Assembly (NCBI GenBank): GCA_964016885.1
Contig: OZ024745.1
Location: forward strand, 98,704,001 to 98,768,000
Direction of reading: 5' to 3'
DNA length: 64,000 nt
DNA from: Eledone cirrhosa
Taxonomy: Eukaryota
Notes under the pieces: model-generated
Told to the model about the DNA's origin: nothing
The model's database searches: none
The model's input: only the letters and a program-made list of their open reading frames with translations
In this document: positions 54,170-64,000 of the stretch, piece by piece
How the letters are laid out: the number at the start of each line of letters is the position of its first letter
Numbering within the stretch: the stretch's first letter is position 1
Made by a program: the position numbers and the translations under genes

Positions 54170-54746
54170 GTATCCCAGTACAACCTGTCTCATGGTCGGG
54201 TCGTTGGCGACTAAACTGGAAACCCCACCAAGGTTTCTTGGTGAGGAGGGTGACTTTGGACATCCTGCAGGACTAAAAACAAAACCTGTCAAAGGGCAAA
54301 GGAGCTCTTAAGAGTCAATAGCCATCCAAAATCACCGGGAGAGATGACCCCTTAGCCTTTGTCAAGGCAGAATTCTAGGAGAAGGAAAACTCTGATATAA
54401 CACCTGCAACTCTGATGGTATCCAATGGTGTTGACTTTTGCTTCTTTTTGGTAAATATCATCTTGGTTAAGAGAGTGGGACTGGCTTTTTGCAGTGCCTT
54501 TGCTCACTATAAAAGCTTCACGGCACAGGCATTGCTTTATATCTGGAGATCTCTCTGCACTTGTCGTCACATGGTACCATGGGCCCAGCACTATGTGTCA
54601 ATAATTGTCACAAGTGTAGTGTTTGTACCAGAATTTTCAAGTCACTGGCTGGACTAAAAAGTCACGCTCATTCAGTGCATCGGTAGGGGTTCTCCTACAT
54701 GGATATAAAGTAGTGGCCGTACTCGAAAACGAGTTGGCAGCCACCA
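54170..54746 (+). mobile_element. Bipartite non-autonomous RTE derivative
   Basis: The 3' part 54565-54746 equals the RTE 3' UTR at 15300-15480. The 5' part recurs at ~25320-25470, ~21910-21975 (-) and ~27940-27966. Confidence 0.6.
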
Positions 54747-55202
54747 TATATATGTATATATGTATATATATATATGTATATCATCATCATCATCAACATC
54801 ATAATTTTACGTCCACTTTTCCCTGCTTGCAAGGGTGGGACGGGAACTGATTCTGGCTTGATTTCTACAGCTGGATGCCCTTCCTAACACCAACCTCATT
54901 TACAGTGAGTGCTGGGTGCTTTTTTGCCGTGGCACCTCCACGACCACTTTGCAGTGGAATGATATGGACCCCAGTCCCTATCATCTCATTTCTACAGCTG
55001 AGTAAACTGGAGCAATGTGAAATAAAGTGTCTTGCTCAAGGAAATAACACATCACCCGGTCTGAGAATTGAACTCACAACCTTTCGATTGCAACCACTAA
55101 CCACTAAGCTATGTGCCTCCATATATATGTATATATGTATATGTATGTATGTATATATATATGTATGTATATATATTTATGTATATGTATGTATGTATAT
55201 AT

Positions 55203-56140
55203 ATATCAACTAGAAATAGATTTACATATATATATATAAAATAAACACATGGAACAATAACAGGGAATAATTTGTAAAGTATGTAAGCACACATAGCTAG
55301 GTAGGTAACCAATTAAAGTTTAACTAGAATTTCAAATATAGATACCTTTTAAAATGATTAATCTCCTTTGTATATATTTCTTTAAATAAAAAATATATTT
55401 CACCAATTAATCAGTAAATCACAGTAGTGAAATCCTGGATGGTCACCAAAGGAGAAGATCCAACTATCTGCGTTTACAAAGCAAATGCAAATCTGTGAAT
55501 GATTCGAACCACGTGTTGCATTTTTTTAAAATACACACATCGCACAGCGTCATCCCAGTGGCGTGAATAGGATTATCGACAGCTAGAAATAGCAGCCGAG
55601 TCCATTCAACTGAGTTAGCTCTACAATTAAGGGGCCGTATATATATCCAAAAATTAAATTAAGGGTTGTCATATCTGAGAGACATGCACCATATCCACTG
55701 CAGAATAAGCTCAAAGATTCCAATGAATAGATCTGAGCAATTTATATCAACTAGAAATAGATTTCACATATATATATATAAAATAAACATATGGAACAAT
55801 CACAGGGAATAATTTGTAAAGTATGTAAGCACACATATTTTTTATTTAAAGAAATATATACAAAGGAGATTAATAATTTTAAAAGGTATCTATATTTGAA
55901 GTTCTAGTTAAACTTTAATTGGTTACCTACCTAGCTATGTGTGCTTACATACTTTACAAATTATTTCCTGTGATTGTTCCATGTTTATTTTATATATATA
56001 TATATGTAAATCTATTTCTAGTTAATATAAATTGCTCGGATCTATTCATTGGAATCTTTGAACTTATTCTGCAGTGGATATGGCGCATGTCTCTCAGACA
56101 TGATAACCCTTAATTTAATTTTTGGATATATATATATATA
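55203..56140. mobile_element. Complex fold-back element
   Basis: ~55836-56135 is the reverse complement of the overlapping segments ~55203-55395 and ~55640-55836. It is TA-flanked. Confidence 0.75.
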
Positions 56141-56270
56141 AATAAATTTGAGTATGTGTTGGTTGGTTACTGACACTTCAGTATGCAGGGTAGAGCACTC
56201 AACAAAGTACGCAGGTGGGTCTAAGAAGTGTAAGTCAACAGGTTAAAATTAACTTTGTTTATTCATATTT

Positions 56271-56329
56271 GTTGTTATATATATTTCGGTGATAACCATG
56301 ATTCAACAGCTATTGCCTCATCAGACAAC
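56271..56329 (-). ncRNA. Type I hammerhead ribozyme
   Basis: Minus strand reads GTTGT-CTGATGA-GGCAATAGC..GTTATCACC-GAAA-TATATA-TA-ACAAC. It has a 5-bp stem I, a G10.1-C11.1 pair and a palindromic loop 3. Confidence 0.8.
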
Positions 56330-56769
56330 TAGAACTTGAACAGAAAAATATAATGATGGAACAAAGCTTACCCCCATTATTTTGATCCTTTGATATGCCC
56401 TGTCCAGAAGTATGGTGTTGTTTTCTCAAAGAACTGCTGGCACTAGTTCTTTGGAAAAACAATACCATACTTTGGGACAGGGCATGTCAAAATGGAGGTA
56501 ACTTTCATTCTTTTGGAATCAACAAAATAAAGTACCATGTAAAGTGTTCGTGTAGGTGTCAGGATAAAAAGCACCCAGCCCACACTGTAAAGTGGTCAAG
56601 CAGGTGTCACACCAACAAGCACCCAGCACACACTGTAAATGTGGTTGGCATTAAGAAGGGCACCCAGCAGTAGAAATCTAGCCAGAAACAGTTTTGTATA
56701 ACCAAGACATGGTCAACTGAGCCAATATGCCTCTAATGGGACAACCCGTCTAACCCATGCTAGCGTGGA

Positions 56770-59520
56770 GAGTATATTTCCCTGTACTATATTGAGTGTT
56801 AAATGTATATTTCCCACTACAATATTGACTGTTAAATGTATATTTCCCTCTACTATATTGACTGTTAAATGTATATTTCCCTCTACTATAGTGACTGTTA
56901 AATGTATATTTCCCTCTACAATATTGACTGTTAAATGTATATTTCCCTCTACAATATTGACTGTTAAATGTATATTTCCCTCTACTATATTGACTGTTAA
57001 ATGTATATTTCCCTCTACTATATTGACTGTTAAATGTATATTTCCCTCTACTATATTGACTGTTAAATGTATATTTCCCTCTACAATATTGACTGTTAAA
57101 TGTATATTTTTCTCTACAATATTGACTGTTAAATGTATATTTCCCTCTACTATATTGACTGTTAAATGTATATTTCCCTCTACTATATTGACTGTTAAAT
57201 GTATATTTCCCTCTACTATATTGACTGTTAAATGTATATTTTTCTCTACTATATTGACTCTTAAATGTATATTTCCCTCTACTATATTGACTCTTAAATG
57301 TATATTTCCCTCTACAATATTGACTGTTAAATGTATATTTCCCTCTACAATATTGACTGTTAAATGTATATTTCCCTCTACTATATTGTCTCTTAAATGT
57401 ATATTTTCCTCTACAATATTGACTGTTAAATGTATATTTTCCTCTACAATATTGACTGTTAAATGTTGTATATTTCCCTCTACTATATTGGGGTGTTAAA
57501 TGTATATTTCCCTCTACTATATTGACTGTTAAATGTATATTTCCCTCTACTATATTGACTGTTAAATGTATATTTCCCTCTACTATATTGACTGTTAAAT
57601 GTATATTTCCCTCTACAATATTGATTGTTAAATGTATATTTCCCTCTACTATATTGACTGTTAAATGTATATTTCCCTCTACTATATTGACTGTTAAATG
57701 TATATTTCCCTCTACTATATTGACTGTTAAATGTATATTTCCCTCTACTATATTGACTGTTAAATGTATATTTCCCTCTACAATATTGACTGGTTAAATG
57801 TATATTTTCCTCTACAATATTGACTGTTAAATGTATATTTTCCTCTACAATATTGACTTTTAAATGTTGTATATTTCCCTCTACTATATTGACTGTTAAA
57901 TGTTGTATATTTTCCTCTACAATATTGACTGTTAAATGTTGTATATTTCCCTCTACTATATTGACTGTTAAATGTATATTTCCCTCTACTATATTGACTG
58001 TTAAATGTATATTTCCCTCTACTATATTGACTGTTAAATGTATATTTCCCTCTACAATATTGACTGTTAAATGTATATTTCCCTCTACAATATTGACTGT
58101 TAAATGTATATTTCTCTCTACTATATTGACTGTTAAATGTATATTTCCCTCTACTATATTGACTGTTAAATGTATATTTCCCTCTACTATATTGACTGTT
58201 AAATGTTGTATATTTTCCTCTACAATATTGACTGTTAAATGTTGTATATTTCCCTCTACTATATTGACTGTTAAATGTATATTTCCCTCTACTATATTGA
58301 CTGTTAAATGTATATTTCCCTCTACTATATTGACTGTTAAATGTATATTTCCCTCTACAATATTGACTGTTAAATGTATATTTCCCTCTACAATATTGAC
58401 TGTTAAATGTATATTTCCCTCTACAATATTGACTGTTAAATGTTGTATATTTTCCTCTACAATATTGACTGTTAAATGTTGTATATTTCCCTCTACAATA
58501 TTGACTGTTAAATGTTGTATATTTCCCTCTACTATCATCATCATTTCATTTTATGTCCACTTTTCCCTGCTTGCAAGGGTGGGACGGGAACTGATTCTGG
58601 CTTGATTTCTACAGCTGGATGCCCTTCCTAACACCAACCTCATTTACAGTGAGTGCTGGGTGCTTTTTTGCCATGGCACCTCCACGACCACTTTGCAGTG
58701 AGTGGTGGGTGTTTTTTTGCTGTGGCACCTCCACGACCACTTTGCAGTGTGGGCTGGCTGCTTTTTTGCCGTCGCACCTCCACGACCACTTTGCAGTGGA
58801 ATGATAGAGACCCCAGTCCCTATCATCTCATTTCTACAGCTGAGTAAACTGGAGCAACGTGAAATAAAGTGTCTTGCTCAAGGAAACAACACATCACCCG
58901 GTCTGAGATTTGAACTCACAACCTTTCGATTGCAAGGCCAATGCTCTAACCACTAAGCCATGTGCCTCCATATTGACTGTTAAATGTATATTTCCCTCTA
59001 CTATATTGACTGTTAAATGTATATTTCCCTCTACTATATTGACTGTTAAATATTGTATATTTCCCTCTACTATATTGACTGTTAAATGTATATTTCCCTC
59101 TACAATATTGACTGTTAAATGTATATTTCCCTCTACTATATTGACTGTTAAATGTATATTTCCCTCTACAATATTGACTGTTAAATGTTGTATATTTTCC
59201 TCTACAATATTGACTGTTAAATGTTGTATATTTCCCTCTACTATATTGACTGTTAAATGTATATTTCCCTCTACTATATTGACTGTTAAATGTATATTTC
59301 CCTCTACAATATTGACTGTTAAATGTTGTATATTTCCCTCTACAATATTGACTGTTAAATGTTGTATATTTCCCTCTACTATATTGACTGTTAAATGTAT
59401 ATTTCCCTCTACTATATTGACTGTTAAATGTATATTTCCCTCTACAATATTGACTGTTAAATGTTGTATATTTCCCTCTACTATATTGACTGTTAAATGT
59501 ATGTTTTCCTCTACAATATT
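56770..59520. repeat. 33-bp minisatellite (36-bp variants), split by a SINE at 58535-58968
   Basis: Unit tattgactgttaaatg(ttg)tatatttccctctac[t/a]a, the source of the ILTVKCIFPST ORFs. Confidence 0.97.
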
Positions 59521-59544
59521 CTGTTATGTTTGTTTCTTCTTAAG

Positions 59545-59689
59545 AGGAGATCATAGGGAAAATCAAGGAAGCTGGTTTTCATATTGCTTTAAAAAAAGAA
59601 ATTTTTCTGGGCAGAAAAGAAATTGAAGAATTTTACCAACATGTTTCCGAGGAAGCGTTTTTTGAAGACCTTGTTGAAGAAATGACGAG
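59545..59689 (+). CDS. NME8: NME8-like coding exon 11
   Basis: cttaag|(E)EIIGKIKEAGFHIALKKEIFLGRKEIEEFYQHVSEEAFFEDLVEEMT(S)|GTAAAA. Confidence 0.9.
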
Positions 59690-60494
59690 GTAAAACATTC
59701 TTCAACTTTTTATTGTTTTCTTTCGCCTTAATGCTTGGGTTTTGTTCTAACATAATTCTGAAAATGAAATATTTTTTGTTTATAAATTGCTGGCACATTT
59801 AATTTAGAAGGTGGCTAGATGTTCTTATAACCAATGTAGGAACCTGAACTCTATTGTACGACTCTAATTGCTCTTCCTTACTGTCAAAAGCATCAAGTAA
59901 TATGCTTTTAAATTTATTACTGGTCCTTTAACTTCCATATTTAGATAATGTAAATATAGATAATGTAAATGCTAAAGGGTTAAGGTGGCAATATCTGCTA
60001 AACTTCAACAACAGTTGATAAAGTGTTACATGTAACCTTTTCATTAACATATTTCTAATGAAAGATGATATCATCATCATCATCACCACCATAGAAACTG
60101 CATATGATTTGAAAATCATTTCGAAAATAACCAAGAATTGGAAGTGATCTGGTAATATGACTAATTTTCATCATCAACATCATTATCATCATTTTTACAG
60201 CTGCCTTTCCATGCTCGCATAGGTTTGATGGGTCCTTCTCAGCACAGCATCACTCTACATTTCATGATCCTTTGTCATCTCCTCTGTGAGTCAAACTCAA
60301 AGAGCTGACCAGCTCTCACAACCTCTGCCCAGGTCTTTCTTGGTTTACCTCCACTGCGATTTCCTTCCACTGGCATTTCCTGGCACTTCTTCATCCAACC
60401 ATCATTTTCCATGTGCATCACATGTCCAAACCAATGCAGTCTTCTCTCCTGCACACCACCTCGAATTCCTCGTAAACCCAGCTTCTCCTTCAAA

Positions 60495-61123
60495 TCTAAT
60501 TAATTATGAATGTATATATAGTGTATTTTGCAATACACTGTATGCTTAATTAAAAGCATTTTGAAGACCATACGCTATTGTTTTAAAGTAGCGACATTGT
60601 CACTTACTTAAATTTGCAGCAGACAGAGGGAGATAAGTTGACAACTCTGTTTCGTACTCTCCCCGTCTGCTGAAAATTATGTGTGTTGGATTCTTATAGA
60701 ATTCCAGTAACAATCAGGAACTGATTTTACAGAGCGGTCACCAGCCCAGCAGAAATTGAAAATTAGAATTGGTTCTCTGAAATAGCGATTTATATATGAA
60801 TGTATATATAGTGTATTTTGCAATACACTGTATGCTTAATTAAAAGCATTTTGAAGACCATACACTATTGTTTTAAAGTAGCGACAGTAGGGAGAGTAGT
60901 GAGTTTTGATAAGTACCAAAAAGTACGAAACAGAGCTGTCAACTTATCTCCCTCTGTCTGCCGAAAATTTAAGTAAGCGACAATGTCGCTACTTTAAAAC
61001 AGTAGCGTATGGTCTTCAAAATGCTTTTAATTAAGCATACAGTGTATTGCAAAATACACTATATATACATTCATATATATATCACTATTTCAGAGCACCA
61101 ATTCTAATTTTCTAATTAATTAT
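60495..61123. mobile_element. Fold-back element with a hammerhead and a 13-bp flanking direct repeat
   Basis: ~60922-61110 is inverted relative to ~60505-60658 and ~60758-60886. tctaattaattat occurs at 60495-60507 and 61111-61123. Confidence 0.75.
60899..60947 (+). ncRNA. Type I hammerhead ribozyme, U3-A8 core variant
   Basis: GTGAGTT-TTGATAA-GTAC caaaaa GTAC-GAAA-CAG ag CTG-TC-AACTTAT. The triplet is GUC, with cleavage after 60940. Stem I can extend through AGGGAG/CTCCCT. Confidence 0.75.
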
Positions 61124-61554
61124 CTTTATCATTGTTGAAAGCTGATATTTGGAACATATCTTTAAAAGGTTCTTACATAGAATTACGATGGATGGTTTTG
61201 GGTTAAGTATAAACACTTTAAAATAAACAGCTTTTTATCATAGAACCAGAAACAATTTCAGGTGGTTTGGTATCAAAAGGGTCAAATTTGCAACTTTTTC
61301 CAATTCTCTAACTACTCAGCCATGCAGATATATACAGTATTGAAAAAAGAAGGAAATAATAAAGAAAAGAAAATTGGGGTTGGGGGAAGAAGACCACCAC
61401 ATTCAATCAGATACCACAACAAAGAGTGCTAGTGTCTCTCTCCAAAATGGCAACACACTTGCAGCATTGCTGCGATTGATAGTGAGGCTAAGATGTTGGA
61501 ATTGTAAGAAATACATGCAAATCATTTGTTTCTTTTTCTTTATCTTCATTTCAG

Positions 61555-61662
61555 TGGACCTCTTTTAGTTCTTGGACTGGCCAGAGAAGATGCAGTTTCC
61601 AAATGGAGAGAAATTCTTGGCCCTTCAGATTTACGTGAAGCTCTAGAAACAGCTCCTCACTG
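61555..61662 (+). CDS. NME8: NME8-like coding exon 12
   Basis: tttcag|GPLLVLGLAREDAVSKWREILGPSDLREALETAPH+TG|GTATGT. Confidence 0.93.
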
Positions 61663-62309
61663 GTATGTCCAATATGAAGTCATTCGATTAATATCAAAGC
61701 CAGTCAAAATGATGACTTTCTAACTTCGATTTTGATAAATCTTATATAAAAGAATATGTTAAATGGTTTTAGAAGTTGAAATAAAATAAAATTTAATATT
61801 TAACACTTGATGTCATGTACCATATTGAACAAGACAGTCTTATAAATTACAAAATAGCACATTAACATTTAAAATTTTACAAAACATCACATTAACATTT
61901 AAAATTTTTACTCAAATACTGTAAATGTTCACAACATTCTCTCCACAGTGAAGATACTAAATATGGTTGAATTGACAAACCTGCTAAATCATAAGAGAAT
62001 GTTAAAAATTAAAGAAATATTTTTGTGAGCAGTGCCTATTTTTAATAGCATAACAAGGCATCTTATCCAATTCTCTAACAATTCTGCCAGTCTAATGCAC
62101 TACGCTGGTATTTTGTTTTATTGACACCCAAACAGATGAAAGACAAAGTTGACCACAGTAGGATTTCAACATAGAATGCTAGAATAAATTCTGCAAGACA
62201 TTTATTTTTCCTATGCTTAAATGACTCTGCCAGTTTGCCATCATTCTAACGTTAAATTCTATAAAGCCAGACAAAGTGCTTCCTGATACTGTTTATTCAC
62301 AGAAGGTTA

Positions 62310-63010
62310 TGATAATAAATAATGAAATTATTGTGTACAGTGCTCAGGTGTATTACAATTCATCAAAGGTGCATGTATAGTACATAGAAAAATGTTCAAA
62401 TGTAAGGAAAATGAACAGTGTATGAGTCATGAAATACATGTGTGTATATGGAGGGGGGATATCAGATGTAGTGTTGGCGAATTTCAGGATGCATGGAGGT
62501 TTTAAAGGATGCAGTGCCTCGGCAGCTAACAACTGATGCAGGTAGTTTGTTCCACGCTTCAGCAACTCTGTTTTCTGACTTTGTAGGTATACCTACGTGT
62601 GTTAGACACATGGAATTAGTTTGATAGGGACAAACCATTAAACTTGTTAGACAATGATGAAATTGATGGAGAAAATATTTTTGGTATTCAGGTGTCACAG
62701 AACAAGACAATTATTTAGATTCCTTGATTCAATAAACTTAAATAGAGTTTTATGGTAGAGTTGAGTCAACTTTAAGACTTTCAAGCATTGCATTATATGA
62801 ACAACTATAAACAGTAGTTGTTACATATGTTATTGAATCTATAAAATAGTTGGTGTTAGGAAGGCCATCCACTAATATACACCACTACAAAGGCTGATTG
62901 CAGGAAAGATCTATAGCGTAAAGGGGACCAAGAACAGATCTCTGTGGTACACCAGATGTCATCTCATAGGGTGAAGAATGCTGTCATAAAACCGTGACTA
63001 TCTCTTTTTG
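62310..63010 (-). mobile_element. CR1 LINE, internally deleted (same family as 18991-20050)
   Basis: The 3' UTR and RVAEAWNKLPASVVSC match the first copy. TSGVPQRSVLGP lies at ~62920-62965. Confidence 0.85.
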
Positions 63011-63334
63011 ACTGAGAATGAAGGACTTCAAACAGTTATAAAAATCATCTCTCACACCCATTGCAGAGAGCTTTGTCATAAGTCTTTTGTGTGGGTGACC
63101 CTGAGAATAGCCACAGTTATCTTGTCGATGATGGGGAGTAACATCAGGAAACAGGTATTGGAAGAGTTCTTGTGTTTAAGGACCTATAAAGAACTGCAAA
63201 GTAACAACCACCCCAACATCATTCTTATCATATTTTTAACATTTACCATCCAATTCCCATTGTGGTAGCCTTCAAACAAAACACTATTTTATCTACTTTG
63301 TTTTTTACTGTTTACCTATATTCTTGGTATTTAG

Positions 63335-63483
63335 TTTGCGAGCTCAATTCCTGGTGTCGGAAAGTGAAATGAATTTAATCCATGGTTCCAGCACAAAAGA
63401 AGAAGCCGACAAAGAAATTAAGTTCTTCTTTCCAGACGAAGAGACTGTTGCAGTGATCAAACCTGATGCTTATGGCTCTAAAG
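63335..63483 (+). CDS. NME8: NME8-like coding exon 13 (end of NDK2, start of NDK3); the gene continues beyond the window
   Basis: atttag|(C)LRAQFLVSESEMNLIHGSSTKEEADKEIKFFFPDEETVAVIKPDAYGSK+G|GTATGT. Confidence 0.93.
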
Positions 63484-64000
63484 GTATGTCAATAACCCTT
63501 TTGATTCCAAACTGCCTGTATCTATGATACAAGGCTGTTTATTTTAAAGAATTCATATTTATCTATAAAACCTACCATCATAATTTTATGTTAGAACCTT
63601 TTTTAAGTTATAGTCCAAACACCAGTTTAAATCCCTCAAAATTTTCTTATTATTTTCAAAATGGTTTGAAAATCATAGGCATTGTCTTTCATTAACCCAT
63701 CTCTCTTCAGTAGTATTATATGCACATGAATTCACGGAGCACAATTTCAACATTTGGGAAACAGATTTCAAGTTGTTTCCAATTGATTGTGTAGGTGGGT
63801 TCTTGGCTTAACAGCATTATAAGGCTGTGGGGTCTATAATGCTGTTAAGATGGCCCTGGCTGCTGTTTGAAGAGGGTTGTGTGATACATGGAGGCTTCCT
63901 TTACATTTTGAGTGGATAGCCTTGCTGGAGCTAAAGTGCTCAGTAAGAGTCATCCAGTTTGTAGGGGCTGGGGACTTGTAAAATGAACTGAAAATACCAG

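Noticed and set aside
56765-59626. ILTVKCIFPST / NIVEGNIHLTV repeat proteins
   Set aside because: These are translations of the 33-bp minisatellite, open on both strands and intronic.

Overview
AT-rich, repeat-dense animal genomic DNA. The SINE families and (TA)n/(CA)n load suggest an octopus or other coleoid (inference). One spliced + strand protein-coding gene spans most of the window and runs off its right end: an NME8/TXNDC3-like axonemal protein (thioredoxin domain followed by tandem NDP-kinase domains). I traced 13 phase-consistent GT-AG coding exons from 11714 to 63483 (1372 nt, about 457 codons). A likely non-coding first exon with two RFX X-box-like sites lies at about 3.4 kb. The thioredoxin site reads WAGPC rather than WCGPC. 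The introns hold RTE, CR1 and mariner fragments, a hAT MITE, two SINE families, minisatellites and a 15-kb 17-bp satellite; a CRE-like LINE fragment lies upstream of the gene. The most striking signal the ORF track misses is a dense set of type I hammerhead ribozyme folds. There are about nine largely intact copies plus several decayed ones, from several sequence-distinct families. Most sit in (TA)n-flanked inverted-repeat (fold-back) elements resembling Penelope-like pseudo-LTRs, and one has a compensatory U3-A8 core. All calls are by eye. Repeat boundaries are approximate; exon and ribozyme coordinates were counted base by base.
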